Source: Utricularia gibba (taxonomy: Eukaryota; Plantae; Magnoliophyta). From it: a stretch of DNA of 64,000 bases. Within the stretch, counting starts at the first letter, position 1, and the number at the start of each line of letters is the position of its first letter. Both the position numbers and the translations under genes were made by a program. The DNA is taken from NCBI GenBank assembly GCA_002189035.1, contig CM007991.1:62001-126000 (forward strand). Reading direction: 5' to 3'. Positions 23,607-35,894 of the stretch are shown piece after piece. A model generated the notes under the pieces. It was given only the letters and a program-made list of their open reading frames with translations. It ran no database searches and was not told the origin of the DNA.

Positions 23607-25371
23607 TCAAACCACCGCCCTGGCGCCGCCGTGCTCCTCCGCGTCCGACAGCCACTCCCCTCCCTCTTCCAACGTTGCGGCGGTGTGTCGGTGTCCTTGT
23701 CCAAACGCCTTTATATGATCCTTCAAGGACCTCTTATGCTTAAAATCGGATCCACAGGAACAATACCACACTTTGCCGCAATTCTTCTCGTGCGTCCTCC
23801 AGTCGCCTTTCACCGCAAACGGCTTCGAACACCTCCGGCAACCAAACGGTTTCGCTCCGTGCTTCCTCTTGTAATGCGTCTGGAGTGTGCGGAAGTCCTT
23901 CAACGGCCGGCCCCTAGGATCCTCCACATTGTGTTTGCATCCCGGCCAGCAGCAGTAACACGGCAGCCGGAGCATCGCCGTGGGCTGAGCGCCGCGGAGG
24001 GATTCCGGACCCTTCCGGTACTGTGAGCCGTGGCCCCACATGTGCATCTGGTGTAATGCAAGACATCTCGACACTGAATTGAATTGAATTATGGCAACCA
24101 CAACAAGGAACACCATTAATAAACACACTTCTATCAACAGCTGCTCCTGACATTCACTTCCATAGACAAAAAAAAAACACCGACTTTGTTTGGGTGTTAC
24201 CCTTTTGACTATTCACATAATTCACCCCATCCATGTCTTTTTTTTTTTATTATTACAGCCTAAGAAAATAGATTCCCGGGTGCAGAAATTGATATTGAAC
24301 CTGAAAGGAAAACAGTATATAGATAAACAAGCATATTGAAAATCGCATGTTGAAGGAAGGAAGCCCTATTGATTTCTATAGCGCTAAGGGGGTTTTGGAG
24401 GAGCTATGATATGTATGCAGGTAACTAGGGCGAGGAGGAGGAATCTGTAATGAACTGCACAAATTTAAAACTTGTTTTGGGTTAGCAGATTCTGAAGCGT
24501 AGGTCAACCCCAGGATTGGTGGGGATTTGTAAGAAGAGTAAGTCAAGTTATGGGGAGTATGTGAACTGATGACAAGCAGTGCAGAAGCCTCCTACTAATT
24601 CAGGAAGATAGGAATCACATCACAGCTGAAGAAGCTTATCTTTGTGTTGGACGGGGAAAACAACGCTGGAGACTTGTGGTAAGGAAAGCCGTGCAGATGG
24701 GAATCTTCACATTCACATCAGAGGTTATATTTGTACGGATAGGGAAAACAATGTTGGAAACTTCTGGATAAGAAGGAAAAGCGCAGTATTTATGAAGTGT
24801 AAAGGGGGTAAGTGAATGTCGAATTTTCATCTGACTGAAAACAGCCAAATATGGAAACTGAATGACACACAAGTCATGCACAGGAATGAATGTTTAGATC
24901 TGAATCTCAGTTTCCTTGTGTTTCAGAAAAGAGCTGGTAATTCGAAAAGAAGCACAGAACAACTAGGGCAAAGATCCTCGCTTCATTCATGAACCACACA
25001 CACACACACACACACGCTCGCACCTGTAAATTATTGTATCTGTTGAAGTTCTTGAAGCAGATTGGACATGAGAATTGGGTAGGGCCAATGAGGATCTGGG
25101 AAGGAGTGGGAATCCAGTACTGACCACCCATGTTAAGGTTGTTCAACGGCAGCCCGGAGAGTATATCAACGCCATCTTTCTCAGCCGCCTGATCGTCCGA
25201 CGAAACCCTGGATCCCAGATCCGAGGGTTTCTGGCTAGCGAGCCCTATTTGGAGGTCTACGGGGGCGTGCTCGTAGTGAGGGGAGAGGAAAGAGTTTGCA
25301 GATTCAACAACTGAAGTGGCGCTGGAATGAAGAGGAAGGAAATTGAAGCACGTTGCTTGGGCATCTCTCAT
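23607..25371 (-). CDS. WIP-type C2H2 zinc finger transcription factor (WIP2/4/5-like); two exons around a ~970-bp intron; the true start may be further upstream
   Basis: [34 protein letters not shown]|[19 protein letters not shown]...[15 protein letters not shown]...[12 protein letters not shown]...[15 protein letters not shown]. Confidence 0.93.
24995..25014 (+). repeat. (CA)10 microsatellite next to the WIP splice donor
   Basis: Read directly. Confidence 0.85.
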
Positions 25372-25900
25372 GATTGAAGGGATGGAAGGGGGTGGGAGGA
25401 GAAGCAGGAGAAAGAGAGGTGGGGATTTTTGGGCCTGGGTGCTGTGAGAGATGGTGATGATGATTGCTGTGTGCGTATTCCTTCACTTGTTGAGTGGCCA
25501 CGCTGTCTCTCTTTCTCTGCATCCGGATATCTACATACATAGACGTTGAAAATGGCAGCACGTGTGCGAGTGAAACCAAGTAAATCAGTCACCTGGTAAG
25601 CTCCATGCCAAGGAGACTGGATTCTCAAGGTCCAATTCGAGTAGCAGTACATTGCCCGCCCTGATGATCCACGATAGAATATGGCAGCAGTAGGGACGGT
25701 AGAAGTGCAAACAAGTGATAGGATTATCTCCAGATTAGCAGCTTAAGTAGCAGTCCAGTGTCAAAATGATCCTTGAAACTAACTTTTTGTGTCAAGAAAA
25801 TAATGACAGCCAGCAGCTTCCCCTTCCCGAGGGTGTCGTCCTTAATGACTAGTATTAGTGATAACATGCTCGAGGTCTGCAATTCCTTGAATAGTGATTC

Positions 25901-25904
<4 letters not shown>

Positions 25905-25930
<26 letters not shown>
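25905..25930 (+). repeat. (AG)13 microsatellite upstream of the WIP gene
   Basis: Read directly. Confidence 0.85.
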
Positions 25931-25931
<1 letters not shown>

Positions 25932-26303
25932 AGGGATCTGAGGCTGAGGAGACATGGCAGAGGGGAAAGGGACGTGAGAGAGGGCACTGGGACTGGGAGC
26001 TGCGGTGCGGGGGTGGAAAAGTATAATACCATTAAACTCTGGTGCTGCAGAGGAATAAAATTAAAAACAAAAACCCAGCCAGAGGGAGTGGGAGTGATGA
26101 CGCCGACTCACTCATGGTGCCCCCCCTGCCCTGCCCTGCCCTGCCCTGCCAGTGCCATTCAACTTTCAAGTAACCTTCATTCCATCTCCATGGGACCGAT
26201 TTTAAGATATTGCAATAAGCTGCAGCATTACCCAGCCCATGTGCCATCTACCCACCCCGCTCGCTTTCCATGAAGGTTTCCGGAGGCTCGTCGTCATCGG
26301 AAA

Positions 26304-26324
26304 ACACACACACACACACACACA
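26304..26324 (+). repeat. (AC)n microsatellite, about 10 units
   Basis: Read directly. Confidence 0.8.
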
Positions 26325-27794
26325 TATTAATGAGGGAGGGAAGGAGAAGGGATTTGTGTGGTACGTGTTGAGGGGGGTGGGGGAGGGAACAGTGAACAGT
26401 AGTAATATACTACTACTACTACTCGGCTCTCAGGGCTATGTATGTATCTATCTATCTGCTCATTTCATTCCAATCCATTTTGCCTGTGGGACCCCAAGCA
26501 CGTGATCCCGGTGGGACAAATCCCTTGTAATAATCAAAATCAAAACAAGAGCGCAAAAACTGCTCCCCGCAGTTGAAGTCGCAGCAGCGACAACGGCTGC
26601 ACTGCACTGCAGGGAAGACCGGCACCAAGGGCATTCTCGTAATGTGGTTGGTTGGTCACAAGTCGCATACACAACAGACGCCATGAATGCATGTATGTGT
26701 GTGTGCATTCGAGGAACTGGAGCAGCAGAACCAAACTGGACTGACTGGGGGAGAAGCGGGCGCCTGCTCCATTCCATGGCACCACCTTGTCGGGTCGGGT
26801 CGGGTCCCCCTTTGGGCCCATGAAACCCAATCCCTGTATTTATTGTATTTGGTTTCTCCATCTCCACATGGGCTGCTGTCCGCAGCAGCGGAGCGGAGCG
26901 GACGGACGGACATGCACTCACTCAAGCTTCCTTGAGGCGGACGCGTTGCGCTCGTCTAATTCCAAGTCCTCAGGGACAGGGCTGCATTGCATGTATAACC
27001 TTGAGACGGGACACGGGAGACTATACAAAACCCACAATCCGATGCTACTCCATAAACAAACATAACCCTCAAACTTCCAAATATTGACTACTCTGTGGTC
27101 AAGATCACCTCGTAATATCAACTCCAGATGTCTCTCATCCACTGCATTTCAACTATCAACAGTCAAGACGACACCAAATAGGCAACCGGCAATACCGGGG
27201 CAGCGTCCTCTTCCCCACCCACCTTCTCGCACTCGCCGCCTGTTGCCTCGTCCTGGGATCAACGGAGCATGCCGTTCTGGGGTTTGATTAGCTCTTCCTG
27301 AGTGCCGATTCTCTCCCCGCCGATACCTGCATCGACATAACGGATACATCTTCATCTTTTAAACGGCTCCACTGCCAAGGACACTCGAATTGGACTGGAT
27401 CTCGCAGGAAAGCCACTCATGACTCTCCGAGGATTTCTGCCAACGGTCGGTGAGTGGAAGCACGGGCACTTGCGGAAATCACAAATAGACCCCGCAAAAT
27501 ACCGAATTTCCAATTCCCTGTAAGATATTTTGAAACGGAGCCAGGTGGGACCACATCCCCCAGACACCTACACATGGTGTTCGTGCGTGTTTCCCAACAG
27601 TCACCATCGCTGCTAATCGCCCAGACATTTCATGCGCTCGCAGAATTTTCTTTCCCATTGCCGGCTACGGGATCTCAAGCCGGACATTCTCTTCCCTGTG
27701 AAGGCGATTTCACATAAGTTTTCTTGAATTGGCTTCCATTGGGGATGGCAACAATCTATTGCTGCAACACCAATGCTCAAGAAAACCCTAGGGG

Positions 27795-28458
27795 ATGGCA
27801 CCAAGATCGGCACCTCATCGATCTTTACGACGGATGCTGCCAAATAGCCCCTGCAATGCTCCGGCTTTTCAGCGAGGTGTCTCGCTCAAGAATCTCTGCA
27901 GCTCCTCTTTTCGTTCCATGGTCGCTGCCGGGATTACTTTGAGGCGGAAGGTACGGCAGTTATGCGCGATTTTTGAAGCGCATATTGGATCCCCCGACTC
28001 GCTGTCGCCGTCGAAATCGTCAAAAGCATTTCTTAAAAGCATCGTTCTTTCGCCGCCGGATTCCCCGTTCTGCCAACCTGGGACGGACAGAGGATAGAGT
28101 TGTTATACACTACATTAGTCTCCGTGCACCGTGGGATAAGGAAAACATTCAGAAAGCATCCGCATAATTTTTCGTGGGTTTCGAGTGAATCTCGATGAGA
28201 AGGATATATCAATGGACATCGGTTACAAAAAAGAATTGCGGAGGGTTCTTGTGGAAACCATCATTCGTTCATCAAACAGAAATACATTGGCGGCCCTGAT
28301 GTAATAAGGCAGTCGCACGAGAACGATGAGGTCGTGAGATTGATGCCATCGAAGCCATGTGAAGACAGTCCGAAAAGTTTCTTATAAAGACGAAGAACAG
28401 CCAAAGATGCGCCGAGGCAATGAGAATGACTTGGTATGGCCCCCGCTTTGCTGCTTGA
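27795..28458 (+). pseudogene. Glutaredoxin-like (GRX domain + CxxC C-terminus) pseudogene; boundaries approximate
   Basis: Frame-hopping translation ...GITLRRKVRQLCAIFE...PGT/EDRVVIHYISLR/GIRKTF/IIFRGFRVNLDEKDISMDIGYKKEL.../FIKQKYIGGPDVIRQ.../RKVSYKDEEQPKMRRGNENDLV matches plant GRX-like proteins (typically PGTEDRIVVYFTSLRGIRRTYEDC...IFRGFRVWIDERDVSMD...VFIxGKYVGGAD...CNENGLIRC). Several frameshifts and deletions. Confidence 0.8.
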
Positions 28459-29199
28459 GGGTGATGAGTGGCAGCAGGTTCCATCGTTGCTTCAGAACAA
28501 GAGGTGCTGTTCATTTAGTCAATCGGCTGTGGAAGTGCATGGATGCAAGGGTAGGTAAAATCCTGTTTCAGACCCTCTTATTTGCACAGATAACGCAGGA
28601 TGCATACTTTTCATAGGAAGCAAAACCCTGCTGGATTAAAATGCCTCGTGCAGGAAAACCGTTTTGATGCTGTTTTTTTTTTACAGCACTTCATCTCCTG
28701 GATTGCGTCGGCGGATTACAGAGTGCAAAAAATATTGTGATGATTCGGGGTTATAGACAAACTCGAGCACCAAGCCAAGCCTTGTGTTGGTGGGAGTGCT
28801 GGCAGCTTCAGCACATCATACATAAACTAATATAGCAAAAAACAAAAAAGGAACCAGGACCGAATCTGGGGAGGGGAGGAGTAGAGACTTCGCATACACA
28901 AGGTTTTTGTACATGCTTGAAGCACAGGAGCAGGACAAAGCTGCATTTTCCATTGTGTACAAGCAGGAACTTCAAGGTTTATGACATGCTACCTTCATTT
29001 GTTTTTCCTGATGTTGTCTCAAGCTGGAATGCTGGCGGCCAGGCAAAGATTTGTATCCAATGGGGATGAAGATTAAGCTCCTAATGATTCCAGAAGTCTT
29101 AAAATAAGCCATAATGCTGTCATGGGGACGAATAAGAGATGAAAAATTGAGTAAACAGTTAAGATTGTTTGCTGACCTTTCATTCCACCCTAAACTGGA

Positions 29200-31943
29200 T
29201 TAACAGGAATGATAACGAATGGAGGGTGTACTACTTCCAGACTGATTTGAATGGGCTATTGTGCTTGGATATTTCATGCTGTTGGAAGGCATCATCGGAG
29301 TCCTATCTGTAGTGCCCTGGAAGGAATCATCTGCTGCAGTTTTCAACAAAGGCGACACGGATGTCTCGGCTTGTCTTCCCATCAGTTCAGGGCGCCTGTG
29401 GAAAAGCAAATGCGCCACTGTTCGATCTATTGGATTCGTTTCAGTCTCAGCAGGCAGCCTGTTAAACCTGCATGAGGACGACAACGCATAAGCTGGTAGA
29501 ATTTGGTATCCAAACAGCAAGCACCAGTCAGTCCTGGAAAACACAAGGCAAAACTCTGGAAGATTGAAAAGGTTAAATCACTAACCGCTTGCTGTTTACT
29601 ACATCTTTTCTATGGTGCGGTTCATCTACGTTGTTGGCACATGTGCTACTTGTATCATCAGGGCATTGCCGTTGAGTAGCACTTTTGGCTAGACGAAACA
29701 AACTGTCCCGAACAGTAAGTCTTACTCCCATTTCCAACTGCAGGACGTTTGTCATCAGCTCCTCATACACATCATAAAAACCATCGACCTGCTCTGCCGA
29801 CACTAACCTTATGGACGGCATTTTGAAGCTGGTACAAAACTGATTCCTCCATCGAGCAATTGTTGAAGGCCATACTGATATTGCTTGAATTACCCTGTAC
29901 CTTTCCACGTTCGACAGGTGAAACCTGATTACCGAATTGCTGCTGCTGCTTTTGAATAGCAACAATTGCTCTCATTTGTTGCCGTTTTCGCAGCTTCTCA
30001 ATCTTTTCTTTTGGTGTCATTGGAGGACGATTGCAAGAAGCATTCTCAGGATTTTTGGAACAATTTGCATCCGAAGGCAGCGGTTCATAATCAGAGGATA
30101 AAAGCATAGAACGTGCAGGATGGTGAGTGATAATATTGCCATAAAAAGGAGCAGGTAAATTTGAACCGGAGAAGTGGCTTGACTGAACCCGACGATTCTG
30201 GAACGGTGGCCTATGTTGATTACTGGACAGGTTGACGGCCCCGGAAGGCATAGGGTTACCATTAGCATGCTGTAAGGAGTTGCATGAGAAGGTCAAATGA
30301 GCATCGGAATCATTAAGCACACTGTCATCCCTTTTCTCCGACTTCCCATCCTTGGTAAATCTCTTTTTCCTGTTACCCTGAACACAACCAATAACCTGAG
30401 AAAAAAGTTCTCGACGTACTTATGCAGCATCTTAGTATGCCTGTACATACCTTCGGAGCTTCATAGCCAGGAGAAGAAGCCCGACATTGATCCAGGACAT
30501 TGTGATGCTTTATCTTAGACTGGTAATTGGAGCTTGGCGCAACACCAAGTGGGACATTTGAAGAATTTCCAGAAAATGGAGGGAATTCTAAGGGTGGGCT
30601 GGCTACATCTTTGAAAGATGACCATAGCTCTTCAGCATTTACTGCTGCCATGTCTCTGAATATTGAGTCATTGTTACTGCAAAATGGTACTTGTGAGAAC
30701 ACAGAGTAAGACAGAAGATCAGGAAACCATATACTTGAATTCGCTTCACTGAATCACAAGCACAATCAATGCAAAATACGATAAATGATATGAGGTGCAT
30801 AGAACACCAACGCATAGGATGAAAGTAAAAGAATATCGGATTACCTAAATATCCCATCAAGATCATCAAAACTCCCAATATTTTCCAGTCCATGGAAAAC
30901 AAGATCGCTTTCTTCTCCATTCTCTGCAGACTTCTCGCATGCTTCATACGTTTTCTCAAACCCAGATACTTTCTCTGTAGAGATGTGGCGAAAAATACGA
31001 AACAATCCATCATTTATCTGTTGACAGTTAAAAATACACAGAATGATACTTCAAATTACCGTCTAGAGAAATGATCTTCGAACCCTTTTTCAAGTTTTGG
31101 GATGCATCAGTGCACAAAGAATCATGTTCTGTTATTGCAACATTTGAAGAAGATGGTTTAGCGGGAGCATGCAATGAGTCGCTGGAGAAACCTGATGCAC
31201 ATTCTTCACTGACATCATAAGTGCGAAGTCTACCAAACTTCTTCTGTTCAACTGTGCTAATATCTGAGCTTCCTCTGTTCGTTCCCTTCTTGAAGAGATC
31301 ACCTGAGAGAGCTTCAGCACCAAATTGCACAGGATACAAGTCCTTAAGGTTATCGCTTTCATCAGGCTCATCCCATATGATGCTCCTCAACTGAGGAATG
31401 ATAGAAGGTAACAATAAAAAGTTAGGCTACTCGAGACAAAACAGAACAATTTTTCAAAATAAATTGTTGGGCCGTGTAGATGGCCAAGTAGATATAATCC
31501 CAAGGGAGGAGAGAGGAACAAACGATAACTAGCAACAGCCTCACCCATTTTTCTAGTTAATCCATCGCAATAGAGAAGACAAAAAAAGTTCAAAATAATT
31601 GCAATCAAACCAATCAATAAAACAGAATTACCAAAACCCAATCTTCTTCTTCTATGCCCCGGAAACCAGTAAGACATGAAAATTATCACTTAACAGGAGA
31701 GATCAACAACCACATACCCTGTACATCGTACCGTTTGTACAACAAAGAAGAAAACCCAAAAGCCCGAGCAATAAACATAAAGGACGCATCATTAGCAACC
31801 CAGAAGAAAGAACCACACACCACTTCGTCGTTGTGTACACAACGAAGAAAAGCCCTAAACCCTAAACCTCAAAAGGAGCAGCAGCATAGTCGTGAATCAA
31901 AAAAGAGAGACCCAGATACCTCTTCGTCGTCCCAATCGAACAT
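29200..31943 (-). CDS. LNK2: NIGHT LIGHT-INDUCIBLE AND CLOCK-REGULATED 2-like coactivator
   Basis: MFDWDDEE|LRSIIWDE; NIGSFDDLDGIF; EELWSS; MTPKEKIEKLRKRQQMRAIVAIQKQQQQF; VRDSLFRLAKSATQR; ETETNPIDRTVAHLLFHR; all exons splice in frame. Confidence 0.92.
31853..31867 (+). promoter_or_regulatory. Two tandem telomeric units (telo-box) in LNK2 intron 1
   Basis: CCCTAAACCCTAAAC read directly. Confidence 0.5.
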
Positions 31944-32718
31944 TTCCAAGCGAATCGAAAACCCCTGATACGTGAAAGCAAGTATGGCTACGAATGCAAC
32001 CAAGCATCGCCAATTTCCTCGTTAAAAAGTTCACGTAGAAAATAAGCAGCAATCGGGAGCACCCACAAGAAGACGACGACTAGTATATATATATATGTAG
32101 GCAAGTGGGGTTCGAGGAGTGAGAATTTACAGCAAGCGAAGCAGCACTACTCCCCCTTGTGATTGATCGGGAGTCTCTTGGAAGTGCGGAATCTAGGGCT
32201 CATCGTACGGCAGGGTATCTTGAACCAGGATCCCTCGGATCAATCCCTGCTTTCCTATTGGCTATCACTGATTTGAAATACCGGGTATTAAATATTAAAA
32301 GATATTCTCATATATCGAAATTACTTAATAATTCTTTACAACATTTATTTATTATTTATCATTCTCAAAATTATAAATTTTATTTATATTTCTATAAATT
32401 CATATTAAAAATCAGAAAAACATATAACTTCTTTATGAAAATAATTTATATCTGTACAAATCACAAAACATTATTTCATCCTATTTTTATTTCTGCTTCT
32501 CTTTTTTTTTTCATTCTCATTTTTTCAGAAATTTATTTTTAAAAATTGTAGCCTAAATTTTCAAGGATGAGTTTTTTCATTTTCGGTAGGATTGGTGACA
32601 AATGACGCGCTGATCAAGTTATATGCTCTTGACTCAAGATTCTCAATGAATGCAGCAGCATCAGCAGGCAACATGAGCCAACAATCAATCCCATGTAGTA
32701 AGTACTTCACTCTTCGGA

Positions 32719-33676
32719 TCAAAAATCTGGAATGAGACTAGTTACCTCTTCCTTCACCCTGAAACTCCCTTGAACCATAGAATCATTAAGAAGGACCTGC
32801 AGCTGCAAACGGTAACCTTCCAGCAATTTTGCTTCAGAATTTGATCCGTTGCTCTTGTCCTCCTCAGATTTCGTCTCCAGTTCTCTGTGGACGAGGTGCG
32901 ACATGCTGGCGGACAAGGACTGACACCGAACAGATTCATGCAGATGCCGAAGCTCCTTCCTGGTTTCCTCATTATCAACCAGCTTTGCCTTTAATCCATC
33001 AGGTAGAGCAGTCATAGCACTTCCATGCAAAAATATGAAAGGTCAGGGTCAGAAAGGCTGCTGAATTTGCAAACTCTTTACCTGAATGGTTGGATGCAAA
33101 AGAAACAATGCCTAACTTCGTACCTAGTAATCCCTCTGATGACTCCCCAGTTGTAACCAGTGATCACTGAATCCCTGAAGCCAACATTGAACCCTTCCTG
33201 TGCTGCAGCTTCTTTTCCGGCAATAAGACCATCACGGTAACCAAGCTAGGACGATAAAAAAAAAAATGCATCAGAATAAGAAACGGAATCAGACTCATGA
33301 ACAACATATATGGAGACCTTTTACTAGGAATTACCGTATGGAAATCATTACGCCTTTTTCGCCACTCTCTATCCATTTCAGATTCCTTAATTACATCTCC
33401 AACAGACTCTTCACAGAAAGATCCATCACTGTACCAGGGATCAGCAGAATCATTTACTGGCAAAAAAAAAAAAAAAAAAACTGTTAGATCCAAGATGTAC
33501 AATACGCGCGAACGAATTCTTGACATGATTCAAATGAAACACACGTTAAACATCATACTGAGGCACAAACCATGTGAAGTTTCACATTCGTCAGCCGTAA
33601 TCCGTGCCCTGTCACGTTCACCATTTGAAGCTTCTAAAATTTCTGAATAGAGCTCGTCGGAGATACTTTGTTTCAT
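32719..33676 (-). CDS. YAE1: Yae1 N-terminal domain family protein, 4 coding exons
   Basis: MKQSISDELYSE...MDREWRKRRNDFHT|LGYRDGLIAGKEAAAQEGFNVGF...GYNWGVIRGITS|AMTALPDGLK; the GYRDG...GKE...QEGF signature is that of Yae1. Confidence 0.85.
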
Positions 33677-34449
33677 CTGCGTGAAAGGAACACATAGTAC
33701 GATGCAAAAAATATTACTTGGTGTGAACACCAAAGGCTTAAGACAAGAGGTCAGAAATCCTTATAAAGGAAAGCTCCGGAACACAACATAACTTCAAGGC
33801 AGAATCTTTCTCATTAGAACGCAGCCAGCTTTCTTCAAAGATAAAGGAGGGGAAGATTTTACAAGACACCCATGTGTAAACTGGTAATTTGATGAAAACC
33901 CGTGAAGTTTTCAGGGAGGCAACATTTCTTTCAATGAAAAAATCCTACGCACAAGGAGATGGACTTCGTCTGAGAGAAATACCTGTGGACTGTATAAAAT
34001 TGAGTGATCCTTGGCAAATCGCGATCCGACGGCGTGATAATGGAGAATTTAAGTGACGGAGGAAGAATACGCCCTCAAATTCCTTCGCAAATTGAGATTA
34101 GGCAACGTGACAAAGAGGGTTTTAGTGATTGGGAATTCTCGGATGTCGGAAAGAGGAGCTCGGTGAACCCAATCCCCAATTCTGACAGTGTACACGTGGA
34201 TTTCGGGTTTCATTTGGGCCTAACCCCATTTATTGGGCTGCAACAGCTTGAGTTCAGTAAATGTGGCCCAGTGATATCGGACCGAAACGACACCAAATAC
34301 ACAAATATCTCATTATTTATGCATAGTGTTGAAATGGACAACAGGTTATTCAAATTTCAAGGAAGTGATCAACATAATGGAACAGGAGTCTCAACAGAAG
34401 ATGCCACTCTTTATGAAGACCAGCATAACTGCCTCCGGTAATAATTCAA

Positions 34450-35828
34450 TCAATCTCCTCTTGAAATTAGTGTGAGCAACAGATCTCTGTAGTTTCCATT
34501 AGTTGCTTCTTCAATCTTGTCTCTAAGTTCCACCTCATATTTCTCACAGAACTTCTCTGATATTTCTTTTATGTCATTGTCTGCTCTTGTAACCACAATT
34601 CGAGTTAGCCCTTCTTTACCCACTTCATCCGCGGACTGTTCCAACGATGCGGCCAGTACCTACCACCACAAACTGGATCATAAAGACATGGGATTTCGAC
34701 CATGGTATGCCTGCTGCTGCAGCTTACCTTGCTGAAGTACTTCCTTGGTTTGCATAAGCATAGTGCAGTTTCCTTCATGAAATCATCGACTTCAAGATCC
34801 TGTAAGATAAGGGAAACATGTCTGCATATGCATAGAGCTAACATACTCTGAATCAAGTGGATTAGTGAAGATTGCATACGTCATCTAAGTCATTGCCACT
34901 GATTTCCTTGTAATGCTCATAAACAGCCTTCAGGTGGTGCTTACTCCTTATGGATAAAATCCTCACGATCTCATCATCTTCCATAAGAATCTTTCCATCA
35001 CCAACTTGTTGTATAGCTTCCCAAATGACATTTGCCTCGGACTGTACAGTTTCTTCGTGGAGCTTAGAGCCCTCGTAACGATAAGCACTCACAAGCCCGA
35101 GTAAAAGCTGACACCAGTACAAAAGAGATTCAGCTGGACTCAATCAGGAGCACAAAACAGCATTAGAATTACAACCTGAAATTGGTTTTACTTCTACTTA
35201 CAAAAGATAAATCTCAGAAAGGATTTCGGCTTTACCAACCTTGGTATACGGAGGTTGAACATAGCGTACAACATCTTCCTCGATTGAGCGATCGAACAGG
35301 GAATGATACGCTCTTCTCGCGCCCAGCAGCTCCTCCGATGACCTCGTACAGGCGACCTCAACAAGCACCGTGTAATTATCAGTCCCCTTATGCAGAGACT
35401 CTTTCAGTAGTCGCGCGTCTCGCTCCCATGGATGCATCATCCACAAAACAATCGCATCCTGAAAAAAGCTTGATTATTCGCTTGAAACTCTCAACTCTCT
35501 CGGATGTGGAGGAATACCTTGAATCGCAAGAATTCATTGCGAAGCTGCAGGATGTAGCGGTCGTCCCACCTCTCGAATTGGCGCTCATCTTCGATGAAGA
35601 AATCCAGCGCCCCCTTCCTCAAATCGCGTCTCTGCTCCCAATGCGACTTTCCCAATACGGAAACCAGCGTTTTTTCGTCCACCCCCAATCCTATCCATTT
35701 CATAATTTATTTGAGATTTTATTCACTTAATTGGAGAAAATTGTAATTACAAATCCAGAGGAGGGGGCAAAATGGGATTAACCTAAAAAGGCTCGCGGAA
35801 GTTCTTCCAGCTCCTCCGGGTCTGCCAT
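34450..35828 (-). CDS. ANN4: Annexin D4-like, 6 exons
   Basis: MADPEELEELPRAFLG|LGVDEKTLVSVLGK...FFIEDERQFERWDD...WMMHPWERDARLLKE...VEVACTRSSEELLGARRAYHSLFDRSIEED...LTRIVVTRA...GNYRDLLLTL. Confidence 0.9.
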
Positions 35829-35888
35829 TTGAAAAACAACTCCGGGACGGACAGTGAAGTTTTTCAGGGGCAAGGTGCTGCTGCTGCC

Positions 35889-35894
35889 TTTATA
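35889..35894 (-). promoter_or_regulatory. Probable TATA box (TATAAA) of the ANN4-like gene
   Basis: TATAAA on the - strand about 60 bp upstream of the ATG at 35828. Confidence 0.4.

Noticed and set aside
23394-24026. 210-aa + strand ORF
   Set aside because: It is the antisense shadow of the GC-rich WIP exon 2, with no recognisable domain.
25372-25382. GATTGAAGGGA, a partial miR159-like sequence
   Set aside because: An 11-nt match at the WIP start region with no precursor structure.
28797-28810. 14-nt match to the 5' end of miR167 (TGAAGCTGCCAGCA on the - strand)
   Set aside because: The remaining 7 nt do not match and there is no miR167* arm or hairpin; it is neither a MIR167 locus nor a credible target.
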